64,000 nucleotides of DNA from Eledone cirrhosa (taxonomy: Eukaryota), in assembly GCA_964016885.1 (NCBI GenBank), contig OZ024745.1, positions 15,624,001 through 15,688,000 on the forward strand, read 5' to 3'. Both the position numbers and the translations under genes were made by a program. Position 1 is the stretch's first letter; each line of letters opens with the position of its first letter. The notes under the pieces were generated by a model. That model saw only the letters and a program-made list of their open reading frames with translations. It made no database searches and was not told where the DNA came from. Of the stretch, positions 1 through 11,924 are shown one piece after another.

Positions 1-40
1 GAAGAATAGAACATACAATATTAGAACAGTAGGTAGTAAA

Positions 41-372
41 GACCCCTTCGGTCACGAATGAACATAGGATTTGTACTAAGAAGGTTCCCCCTCCGAGACA
101 CAAATCCGGGCAAGGTTGTTTGTGGAAGGCCAGCAGTCGCCCATGTATACTAGTCTCTCCTCTCCATGCCACCAATGTTGTCCCAGGGAAAGGCAATGGC
201 CGGTACATCTTGGCACCTGTGACGTCGCAACTCATTTCTACAGCTAAGTAAACTGGAACAATGTGAAATAATGTGTCTTGCTCAAGATCACAATACATCG
301 CCCAGTCCGGGAATCGAGCTCACAAACTGACGACTGTAAGTCCAACACTCTAACCACTAAGCCATGCGCTTT
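41..372 (-). mobile_element. tRNA-derived SINE, group A
   Basis: Minus strand starts with a tRNA-like head (TGGCTTAGTGG A box, GCTCGATTCCC B-box-like), followed by the CTTGAGCAAGACAC...TTTCACATTG...CAGCTGTAGAAATGAG core seen in several other copies in the window. Confidence 0.85.
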
Positions 373-816
373 AGAACAATAGACTTCTGAATACTGGATA
401 TTCCAATACTGGATATTAAATGGAATGGACCCTCGTCACTTTCGACAATGAATGTTTCAGTTGTTCGATCAATATCACAGCCTTCTCGGGTAATTAACGT
501 GTAAATGGCTGAACATTCTAAAGACACTAGTACTTTAAACGCAATTCTCAGGGAGATTCAATGTGATACGATGAGTGACAAGACTGACCATTTGAATTTC
601 GGGTACAGTCAATCTGACGGGCTTCCAAATAGTTTCTGTCTACCCAGACACACCCACAAGTATATAGAATATCAGTTTAATAAACTATTGAATATTGAAT
701 ATTAGAATATAAACACTTTTCTCTCCAAACACCCAACAATAAAAGTCGATTATAGTACAACAGATGTTACCTCAATGTTATTTAGTACAACAGATGTTTT
801 ATAGGAAAATACTTGG

Positions 817-1045
817 ATTGGCAGTGGAATCGGTAGAGCGTCTGACAACATGCTTTGCGGCTTTGAGTTACGACCTTTTACGTTCTGAGTTCAAATCACG
901 CCGAGATTAGCTTAGCCTTTCATGCTTACAGGGTCAATAAAATAAAACACCAGTAATGCACTACTGGTATTTTCCCTTCTACAGTTAATCGACCCCTCCC
1001 CCCCCAAAAAAAATACTTGTGCCGTAATCAGAAACCATTATTATT
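817..1045 (+). mobile_element. tRNA-related SINE, group B
   Basis: GAATCGGTAGAGCG...TTCTGAGTTCAAAT...GCCTTTCAT...CCAGTAATGCACT consensus recurs more than 10 times in the window. Confidence 0.85.
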
Positions 1046-2180
1046 GCTTTTTGTATCGCGCCCCCCCCCCCCCCCCATATTATTATTGAGAATTATATGG
1101 GTTGGGGGGCGATACAAAAACACTAATGAAGCATGGATGCCTCAGAATCTCACAATGACCAAAATACTTATAGAGTTACGTCCCTTTACGTTCGGAGTTC
1201 AAATAGTGACGTTTCCTAAACAGAAACGTGGGAATACTTGCAACAGACTCCGCTTAAGGAACATTACTAAAACAATAGACGCCAGAAGACAAATCATTCT
1301 TCCTTATCTTCTTATAACTGAGAACTGTCTTTAAAACTACATACTTACCAAATAGGTTCCTTCATTACAATTGTAAATGGTTTAACATGTGTGTGTGTAT
1401 ATATATATATATTTGTGTTAGTGTGTGTGTGTGTGTGTGGCTATGCACACACTCACGTATACACATACAAAATGTAATGTAATGTAATATACAGCAATGT
1501 ATGTTTGTAACGTATGCAAACCTGAAGAAAAATGAGTGCTTTTATGAAAGTGGATTTTATAAGCCTATTTACTTTTTTTACAAAATTAATATATTAATGG
1601 AAAAAGGCGGTCAAAAGCGATTATGTACAACAATAATGATAACAACGACAATGATAGGAACTACATCAACAAGAGTAACAGCAATACCAACAACAGAACT
1701 ACCAACGAAAACAACATAAGCAGTAACAAGTTGTAACCAAGAAAATATATGAATTATCCGGAAAGATTATATATACGCTTATGTGTGTGCATACATATGT
1801 ATATATGTATGTGTATACAGAGACATCTATCTATCTCTTTCTCTCTCTCTCCCTCTCCCTCTCCCCCCCTCTCTCTCTCGGCTTCTCAAACTCAGATATC
1901 AGTTTGACAATCCGCCTCAGACAGACGAATGCGAGAAAGTTCTCCAGCCCAAGTTAACCAGGAATCTCTAAAATTCTTCCCACCGAAGTTAACAAAGAAC
2001 TTACTGGATCTAGCAACTCATAATATTATAATATTATAACATTAAATATAAATTGGTTAACACTACAAGTGAAGTCATTCTTTTCCTTGTTTTTCAAATA
2101 TACCTAACTGTACCAAGGATCTCATACATCTTCCAATGTATATATATATACATAAACAGATAAACATATGTATATATATA

Positions 2181-2661
2181 GACTATTGGAGTCGATTAAA
2201 AAAGCTCAACCTTTATTCTCTCCAACGCCACCGTGAGCGCTACATCATTTGCATGATGTGGAAAATATTCCATCAGCATTGTCCAAATGATGTTGGCATC
2301 ACATTTAAAATGCACCTAAGGCTTGGGTCCCATGCTATCTGCCCACAACAAAAATCAAACTCGCATCAGGCACAATTATTTCACCTCAATTGGCCCCGCT
2401 CTCTTTAACATTACACCAAAACACATTGAGACAGAAACAGACCCCATAAAGTTCAAAAAGTCTTTGGGCAAATTTCTTCAAGAAATCCAGGATAAACCTC
2501 CTACACCCGGATATGTCTCCGTAAACAATAGCACTCCACCACTCTACTTGAGTGGGCCATGGTGTCCAAATCCTGATTGGGAAACTTTGCCAGGTGGTGC
2601 TATTAAGTTAGACATGGCCTGGGCCAATACTGGCCAAAACCTATCAAAGTTATCAAAGTTA
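2181..2661 (+). mobile_element. 5'-truncated non-LTR retrotransposon 3' end (CR1/L2-group-like)
   Basis: DYWSRLKKLNLYSLQRHRERY and GPALFN...FKKSLGKFL..I.DKP motifs are typical of the C-terminus of these LINE ORF2s; frameshifted; ends in a (TATCAAAGT)2 tail; flanked by (TA)n. Confidence 0.75.
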
Positions 2662-2703
2662 TATATATATATAAAAGTATATATGTATATATATATGTAT
2701 ATA

Positions 2704-2769
<66 letters not shown>

Positions 2770-2792
2770 GAAAGATTATATATATATAAACA

Positions 2793-3126
2793 GGAACGAA
2801 GATAACGTTGAACCATGTACAAACTTTATTGGCATATGACAATTGTTTCGGTATCGATCAGTTCAGGGTACGACCATAATGAACGGTCATTATGATTCAC
2901 ATAGATCGTAAAGGGACGTAACTCTGAGTTCAAATCCCGCCGAGGTTATCTTTGCCTTTCATCCATACGAGGTCGATAAAATAAAAGTACCAGTAATACA
3001 CTGGGATAATTGCTGGCCTTGTGCCAAAAGTAGAAACAATTATAATTGTACCCAGTGCTAATCGATATCGAATCAATTGTCATATGTCAATAAAGTTTGT
3101 ATATGGTGCAAGCTTGACTTCGTTCC
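2793..3126. mobile_element. Fold-back element (~79-bp inverted arms carrying the 3' half of a hammerhead) with a nested group B SINE fragment
   Basis: Arms 2793-2871 and 3048-3126 are reverse complements with mismatches and are homologous to 9520-9600; SINE B at ~2909-3043. Confidence 0.75.
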
Positions 3127-3365
3127 GGCTGACTTTTATTTACACCCTGTGCCTTACAGTCGCCTTAACCCTGCAATACACAAATACACAGAAATATAAA
3201 CCACACTGGAGAAGGACCTTGGGCGGGGAGCACAGGACAAAGAGAATAGAAAGAGCAATGGTAAAAACAGTCACATCTCCGTCAATCGTTGGAAATCAAT
3301 ACAGTTTCGGTGCATTAAGATTATGTATGCATATAGGTGTGTATATGTATATTTATATATGTACA

Positions 3366-3738
<373 letters not shown>

Positions 3739-3755
3739 CTCTCTCTCTCTCTCTC

Positions 3756-3821
<66 letters not shown>

Positions 3822-4212
3822 TGAGAGAGAAGGACAAGCAGGAATATATGCAGTCTGATAACAAAACTAGCATACATAGTCTTATATATGCTTCGTGTAT
3901 TTTGTTACAAGTATAAATAGAAATATAGACATGAATATGTGTATATAGAGTGATATGCACATATAGGTATTGCGTGTGTGTTTTTAAAGCTATAGATTAT
4001 TCTATAATTCGCTGAAATTTCGATATGTATGTACCTTATTAAAAAACACTTTATTGCAACAGCTGGTTGACTAAATCGATATGGATAGTGAGCCACCTAT
4101 TTCTTATCGATCTCTTATGAGCTTCTCAAACTGTTTTCTTCTTATCCCCTTCAATTATAGTTTCTTTGTCGAGCTCCACAGTTGCTTATATATATATAAT
4201 ACACACACACAG

Positions 4213-4279
<67 letters not shown>

Positions 4280-4555
4280 AAGTCATGGGGATATACAAAG
4301 ATTGAACAATGTGGTCGCATGCATATACAAAAAAAAACAAACAGCTTAAATACATACACACACACATACTCATGTTCGCTGGCACACACACACGTGTACC
4401 TCTACATGAATATGTAGACAAATGCTGAAAATATACAGGCACATCATATAATATTATATAAGCTGAGATTGAGATAGGGAGAGGGACGTGGACATAGAAA
4501 TACCTGATCTCACATACAGACCTTTTATCATAACTACACACTCAAAAACATTATG

Positions 4556-4766
4556 TGCATGTAGGATTGTGTGTGTGTGTGTGTTTGTGCATGTTTGTGC
4601 ATGTTTGATTGTGTGTGAGTGTGTGTGTGTGAGTGTGTGTGTGCAACTTTGATTGTGTGTGTGTGTGTGCATGTTTGATTGTGTGTGACTGTGTGTGTGC
4701 ATGTTTGATTGTGTGTGAGGGTGTGTGTGTGTGCATGTTTGATTGTGTGTGTATGTGTGTGTGCGT

Positions 4767-4800
<34 letters not shown>

Positions 4801-4848
4801 TTATTGTGTGTACATGTTTGATTGTGTATGCGTGTGTGTGTGTGTGTG
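4556..4848. repeat. Compound (TG)n / GCATGTTTGATT repeat
   Basis: Repeated GCATGTTTGATT(GT)n units seen directly. Confidence 0.9.
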
Positions 4849-4977
4849 ATATTTTATATTTCGATACGGAAAGGAGAAATTGGCGAATTCGATCTGGACG
4901 AGATTTGGACTGAGTATGCAAAGATCCAGGACAAATACCGCAAGGAATTTTGTTTTAAACCCTAACAACTTAACTAT

Positions 4978-5445
4978 GGTTTCTTATATAGGGACAAGGC
5001 CAGCAATGTTGAGGCAGGGGAAACTCAATTAAATCGAAATCAGTGCATTACTGGTATTTTATTTTATTGACCCTGTAAGAATGAAAAGCAAAGCTAACCC
5101 CGGCAGGTTTGAACTCAGAATGTAAAGGGCCGTAACTCTATGCCACAAAGCATCTTGTCCGGCGCTCTACCGATTCTACCAATCCGCCTCCTTTATAAAA
5201 TATCATAATGGTTTCTTATATAGACACAAGGCCAGCAATTTTAGGGGGAGGAGAAAGCCGATTAAAATCGACCCCAGTGCGTGACTGGTACTTTATTTTA
5301 TCGACCCCGTAAGGATGAAAGGCAAAGTTAACCTCGGCGGGATTTGAACTCATAATGTAAAGAGCTGCAACTTTATGCCATAAAGCACCTTGTCTGGCGC
5401 TCTACCGATTCTACTAATCCACCTCCTTTATAAAATATCATAATG
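4978..5445 (-). mobile_element. Two tandem group B SINEs
   Basis: Copies at ~4978-5191 and ~5210-5426; TTTATAAAATATCATAATG is duplicated at 5192-5210 and 5427-5445. Confidence 0.9.
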
Positions 5446-5552
5446 AAACATGTTCTTGGTGTTTCTGTTGATGGCGGTTGTTTGGTGGAGGGTTTAGTTG
5501 AAGTTGGCTGACATCTGTTTAGTGGCAAGAGCATTGTGTATGGGGATTGAGG

Positions 5553-6497
5553 GTAGTGGTTACTTTTGTGTCACTATGTCCCTGGGGGTAGAGATTATAC
5601 CAGTGGTTACTTTTGTGTCACTATGTCCCGGGGGAGGGGTAGAGATTATACCAGTGGTTACCAATCTTTTGTGCCACCATGTCCCTGGAGGTAGAGATTA
5701 TACCAGTGGTTACCAATCTTTTGTGCCACCATGTCCCTGGAGGTAGAGATTATACCAGTGGTTACCAATCTTTTGTGCCACCATGTCCCTGGAGGTAGAG
5801 ATTATACCAGTGGTTAGCAATCTTTTGTGCCATCATGTCCCTGGGGTAGAGATTATACCAGTGGTTACCAATCTTTTGTGCCACCATGTCCCTGGGGGTA
5901 GAGATTATACCACTGGTTACCAATCTTTTGTGCCACCATGTCCCTGGGGTACAGATTATACCACTCGTTACCAATCTTTTGTGCCACCATGTCCCTGGGG
6001 GTAGAGATTATACCACTCGTTACCAATCTTTTGTGCCACCATGTCCCTGGAGGTAGAGATTATACCAGTGGTTACCAATCTTTTGTGCCACCATGTCCCT
6101 GGGGGTAGAGATTATACCAGTGGTTACCAATCTTTTGTGCCACCATGTCCCTGGGGGTAGAGATTATACCACTGGTTACCAATCTTTTGTGTCACCATGT
6201 CCCTGGGGGTAGAGATTATACCACTGGTTACCAATCTTTTGTGCCACCATGTCCCTGGGGGTAGAGATTATACCAGTGGTTACCAATCTTTTGTGCCACC
6301 ATGTCCCTGGAGATAGAGATTATACCACTGGTTACCAATCTTTTGTGCCACCATGTCCCTGGGGGTAGAGATTATACCAGTGGTTACCAAACTTTTGTGC
6401 CACCATGTCCCTGGGGTAGAGATTATACCAGTGGTTACCAATCTTTTGTGCCACCATGTCCCTGGGGGTAGAGATTATACCACTGGTTACCATGTCC
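5553..6497. repeat. 52-bp minisatellite, ~18 copies
   Basis: Unit GTAGAGATTATACCAGTGGTTACCAATCTTTTGTGCCACCATGTCCCTGGRG; period 52 (e.g. 5691 to 5743). Confidence 0.95.
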
Positions 6498-6620
6498 CAC
6501 CTCACATCTCAAAATTGAAGACATTATGAAGTCCCAATCTGTAGCTTGTTTACACCTTTATTCTGACGTTATTCACTGCAAGACGAAGTCATCTCAAGAA
6601 GGTAGCAAGTGCTCCTAACT

Positions 6621-8600
6621 CAGTGGTTCCCAAACCTTTTTGCACCATTCCTCACTTCAACATCTCAGAAATGCTATGCTCTCCTTTGATATGAAAACAG
6701 AGATGATCAACTGCAAAGTGTAAACATATTGATATATAAGTAATGCCAGATACACAATAACATGTGTGGGGGAGGTGAGGCAGGAGTTTCTGACAGTAAT
6801 GAGTACCAAAGTTACCTTGGTGTAGGTGGTGCCAGATACACAATAACATGTGTGGGGGAGGTGAGGCAGGAGTTTCTGACAGTAATGAGTACCAAAGTTA
6901 CCTTAGTGTAGGTAGTGCCAGATACACAATAACATGTGGGGGAGGTGAGGCAGGAGTTTCTGACAGTAATGAGTACCAAAGTTACCTTGGTGTAGGTGGT
7001 GCCAGATACACAATAACATGAGTAGAGGAGGTGAGGCAGGAGTTTCTGACAGTAATGAGTACCAAAGTTACCTTGGTGTAGGTGGTGCCAGATACACAAT
7101 AACATGTGTGGGGGAGGTGAGGCAGGAGTTTCTGACAGTAATGAGTACCAAAGTTACCTTAGTGTAGGTAGTGCCAGATACACAATAACATGTGGGGGAG
7201 GTGAGGCAGGAGTTTCTGACAGTAATGAGTACCAAAGTTACCTTGGTGTAGGTGGTGCCAGATACACAATAACATGAGTAGAGGAGGTGAGGCAGGAGTT
7301 TCTGACAGTAATGAGTACCAAAGTTACCTTAGTGTAGGTAGTGCCAGATACACAATAACATGTGTAGAGGAGGTGAGACAGGAGTTTCTGACAGTAATGA
7401 GTACCAAAGTTACCTTGGTGTAGGTGGTGCCAGATACACAATAACATGTGTAGAGGAGGTGAGACAGGAGTTTCTGACAGTAATGAGTACCAAAGTTACC
7501 TTGGTGTAGGTAGTGCCAGATACACAATAACATGTGTAGAGGAGGTGAGACAGGAGTTTCTGACAGTAATGAGTACCAAAGTTACCTTGGTGTAGGTAGT
7601 GCCAGATACACAATAACATGTGTAGAGGAGGTGAGACAGGAGTTTCTGACAGTAATGAGTACCAAAGTTACCTTGGTGTAGGTAGTGCCAGATACACAAT
7701 AACATGTGTAGAGGAGGTGAGACAGGAGTTTCTGACAGTAATGAGTACCAAAGTTACCTTGGTGTAGGTAGTGCCAGATACACAATAACATGTGTAGAGG
7801 AGGTGAGACAGGAGTTTCTGACAGTAATGAGTACCAAAGTTACCTTGGTGTAGGTAGTGCCAGATACACAATAACATGTGTAGAGGAGGTGAGACAGGAG
7901 TTTCTGACAGTAATGAGTACCAAAGTTACCTTGGTGTAGGTGGTGCCAGATACACAATAACATGTGTGGGGGAGGTGAGGCAGGAGTTTCTGACAGTAAT
8001 GAGTACCAAAGTTACCTTGGTGTAGGTGGTGCCAGATACACAATAACATGTGTGGGGGAGGTGAGGCAGGAGTTTCTGACAGTAATGAGTACCAAAGTTA
8101 CCTTGGTGTAGGTGGTGCCAGATACACAATAACATGTGTGGGGGAGGTGAGGCAGGAGTTTCTGACAGTAATGAGTACCAAAGTTACCTTGGTGTAGGTG
8201 GTGCCAGATACACAATAACATGTGTGGGGGAGGTGAGGCAGGAGTTTCTGACAGTAATGAGTACCAAAGTTACCTTAGTGTAGGTAGTGCCAGATACACA
8301 ATAACATGTGTAGAGGAGGTGAGACAGGAGTTTCTGACAGTAATGAGTACCAAAGTTACCTTGGTGTAGGTGGTGCCAGATACACAATAACATGTGTGGG
8401 GGAGGTGAGGCAGGAGTTTCTGACAGTAATGAGTACCAAAGTTACCTTGGTGTAGGTGGTGCCAGATACACAATAACATGTGGGGGAGGTGAGGCAGGAG
8501 TTTCTGACAGTAATGAGTACCAAAGTTACCTTGGTGTAAAAGTAATAAAGTAAAACCTGAAGTTTATTCTCATTAACATCATATTTCAAATTGCCCTACC
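6621..8600 (+). mobile_element. Possible hAT (Charlie-like) non-autonomous element hosting the 86-bp array
   Basis: CAGTGGTTCCCAAACCTTTT at 6621-6640 resembles a hAT TIR; no right TIR found. Confidence 0.4.
6744..8537. repeat. 86-bp minisatellite, ~21 copies
   Basis: Unit GCCAGATACACAATAACATGTGTGGGGGAGGTGAGGCAGGAGTTTCTGACAGTAATGAGTACCAAAGTTACCTTGGTGTAGGTGGT; the ORF track repeats every 86 nt. Confidence 0.97.
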
Positions 8601-8605
8601 ACCAC

Positions 8606-8900
8606 CATTACCGCCTTAATTGGTGGTTGAAATTGGTAATGAAATTGTTCTGCCGTGAGGGGTGCGCCTCACGTTGGAAATCACTGGATTTGACAGAAAG
8701 TAGCTTATTGATGAATAGGAGAAAGATGACGGAACCCTGAGACACACTACAGTTGATAGAGTACAAATCGGAGAGTATCCGTCCGTCGCTATAACATTGT
8801 AAAGATACCATCTGTATAACGAAGATATTGTAGTCGGAGAAATAACATGAGAGGCATGCTGTGTTGTTGGAAGTGACAGAGTGTAAAATATAGAGAAACA
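8606..8900 (-). pseudogene. Decayed LINE reverse-transcriptase fragment
   Basis: Translation ...SINCSVSQGSVIFLLFINKL resembles the RT GVPQGS..LF..FIND motif. Confidence 0.6.
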
Positions 8901-9376
8901 TTTAATGGATCCTCCGTCGGTTTCGAGGATGAGCATTATGTTGTTCGATCGACTGATTGTGCAACTTATGAATTAACGTGTAAGTGGTTGAGTGTTCCAC
9001 AGACATACGTACTTTTGACGTAATTCCTAGGGAGGGTCAACTCTTCAATTACATATATGAGCCATCGGGCTTCTATACAATTTCCGTCAACTACCTTTTA
9101 TTTAAAAGGCTTGAGTCAACACGAGGCTATGGGGGATGACATACGCCCTGTTATAATTGATGACCTAGGTGATTGTGGCTGTGTATTTACGTTGTACAGC
9201 GGAGATGACAAGTGAGATCGAAGAGGGAAAGAGAAAGATACAGTTTGAAAACACCAGATACAACACATCGACCTCAAGTCCTCATGGGTGTGAAGCGAAC
9301 TTCTAAACCATTCAGTCATACCAGCATCCACAACATTCAATCATTGTATACTAATGACTACCCATACATACATACC

Positions 9377-9450
<74 letters not shown>

Positions 9451-9472
9451 GTGTCTTTGCTCATATAAGCTC

Positions 9473-9561
9473 GCATATCTGACGAGATGTCGAAAAAGAG
9501 TCGGGCCCCGTCATCTTGGTTGTAACCCGAGCTGATCGATATCGAAACAATTGTAATATGT
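9473..9561 (+). ncRNA. Type I hammerhead ribozyme motif (canonical core)
   Basis: Helix I GCATAT/ATATGT, CTGACGA, 8-bp helix II GATGTCGA/TCGATATC, GAAA, helix III AC-AATT-GT, GUA cleavage triplet (after 9555). Confidence 0.8.
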
Positions 9562-9696
9562 AAATAAAGTTTGTACATAAGCTGCAACACAGACTTCGAT
9601 TCTTTTAAATCTCTCTTTCTCTCTCTCTCGCTCGCTCTCTCTCTCCCTTTCTTTCTCTCTCTCTCTCTATCTATCTATTTATCTATCTATCTATCG

Positions 9697-9795
<99 letters not shown>

Positions 9796-10450
9796 TATAT
9801 TATACAACCTTATTGTTTGTATTTGAAGTTGTGGGGCCAAATCAGACGATCGAACTTCCTAATGGGAATTATATGAAGAGAGAGAGGGGTGGTCAGTTAA
9901 TGGTTCAGGGGTTGGGATATCGCTGAAATATCTCTTTGTTCTCCAGAATAAACAGCATTAAATCTCCTTAATATGGTTTTGATGAAAGTAAAAGCCTGAG
10001 GCTTCCAAGATTACTTCCAGAGATATATCGTATGTGATGAGTGTTATAAAGTGTGTATATAGCGTTTATAGAGTGTGTATATAGTATATGGAGTATATGC
10101 AGTGTGCAGTGAAGAATGTATGTGGGGTGGTGATTGAGATGTTATCAATATGAAGTGGTCCTTATGTTCGAGTAAAATAAGGTTACGATAATGGTTTTTA
10201 AGGGTACACAAAAATAATGATGTCAGCTATATATGTTTCTGTGTGTGTTCATTTGTGTATGTATGCACAGACACACGCACACACATGCACATGTATATAT
10301 ATATATTTATATTTGTGTGGGGTATAGGTATGTAAATATAAACATGTATATGTAAATATATAGTGATCGATATACACACACACATATATATACAGTATAT
10401 AATTAAGGTGTTTGTTCCAAGCTAGCAGTGTATATATATGTATATATAAG

Positions 10451-10663
10451 TGCCAAGAAATCCCAATAGAAGGAAGACGCAGTAGAGGAAGACCACGAAA
10501 ATCATGAGTGGAGATGGTGAGAGCAGACCGCAGATCGCTGAAATTCACGGAGGAAATGACGAAGGACCGTGACAAGTGGAGAGATGCTGTGCTGAATAGG
10601 AACCGTCCCACCCTTGCAAGCAGGGAAAATCGGACGTAAAATGATGATGATAATGATGATGAT
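10451..10663 (+). mobile_element. RTE-clade LINE 3' end
   Basis: IEGRRSRGRPRKS*VEMVRAD...TKDRDKWR motif followed by a short 3' UTR and (GAT)n tail. Confidence 0.85.
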
Positions 10664-10669
10664 GTGTAT

Positions 10670-10976
10670 TATATCTAATGATATACGGTATGTTTACGAC
10701 TAAACTTTTGAAAGTCTTTAGCTTTGAATTTTGGAAGCTGATGACTAGAGCCATCTAACGGATTCCAGCAGAAGCAGGGAGGACTACCGTTGATCGTTTC
10801 TGGCTGATGGTTGTTATCAAGGCAGTGCTTCCCTTGCCTCATTTTCTGCTGGAATACAATATAGCCTAATGGCATGAACTGATACGCCTCATTTGCATAT
10901 GGAGCTGTCGACCGGCTCGGCCTGAAAATTGCTATCAAATGTTTATTCGTAAACATACTATATATCATTAGATATA
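10670..10976. mobile_element. MITE-like element with ~45-bp imperfect TIRs
   Basis: TATATCTAATGATATACGGTATGTTTACGACTAAACTTTTGAAAG (10670-10714) matches the reverse complement of 10932-10976. Confidence 0.7.
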
Positions 10977-11014
10977 CAAAATACATATACTTATATGTAT
11001 ACAGCTAGGTTGGG

Positions 11015-11258
11015 GCGACGCTCTATTGATTCTACTCCACCTCCCTAATTGTAATACTAATAACGATTTCTAGTATAAATCGACCCCAGTACGTTACTGG
11101 TACTTTATATTATCGACCCCCGTAAGAATGAAAGGCAAAGCTAACCTCGGCGGGATTTGAACTCAGATCATGAAGCGCCGTAACTATATGCTGCAAAGCA
11201 TGGTGTCTGACGCTCTACCGATACTGCCAATCTACCGCCCTAATTGTAGTACTAATAA
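11015..11258 (-). mobile_element. Group B SINE inserted next to the head remnant of another copy
   Basis: SINE B consensus; TAATTGTARTACTAATAA is duplicated at 11046-11063 and 11241-11258. Confidence 0.85.
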
Positions 11259-11261
11259 AAA

Positions 11262-11480
11262 GATTCGATCGACTTTCGTCAAATCGGACCGAGGAAACAA
11301 TGTTTCCGTTGGTCTTTCCAATTGTTAATACTATCTATCGGCTGCAACTCCAGGTAAAAGGATCAGCGTGAAATAAAGTATCTTGATCAAGGACATAACG
11401 CATCGCCCGGTCCGGGAATCGAACTCACTACCTGACGATTGCGAATCTAATTATCTAACCACTCAGCCACACGCCTTCAC
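11262..11480 (-). mobile_element. tRNA-derived SINE, group A variant
   Basis: tRNA head at ~11400-11480; body homologous to the plus-strand copy at 21444-21650. Confidence 0.75.
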
Positions 11481-11924
11481 TAATAACAAAGCTAAAACAC
11501 CATCAATTATTAAACCTTTTATCCGGGTATATTACAAACTGTCTTCTTCTCGCCTTTACAAAAAAATATACTTATATGAATACGTCCACATACCTAAACA
11601 CACACACTTATATATGTGCATATATACATTCACGCAAATTTGCGTATAATCTCCCGTATACCTAAGTAAGCATGCGTGTACAGATATGTATATAATAAAT
11701 ACACATATATGCATAAAGGCGTCCTCATATATACCCACTTACACTATCATATACGCATATTATACACATATATCTTATATATGTGTGTGTGTGTGTGTGT
11801 GTGCGCGCATACAATTCCGTTGCTATTCAATCTTCGGTAAGATGTTCCAACTTGATGATACACTAGTAAAAAATAAAAGATTATAGAATATCATTAGTTA
11901 TATATATAAATATATATATATATA

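Noticed and set aside
5553-8537. CRISPR-like regular arrays
   Set aside because: Units are contiguous tandem copies with no unique spacers; eukaryotic context and no cas genes
6652-8589. Series of 69-aa ORFs (MLLCIWH...)
   Set aside because: Artefact of the 86-bp period; stops recur in every frame
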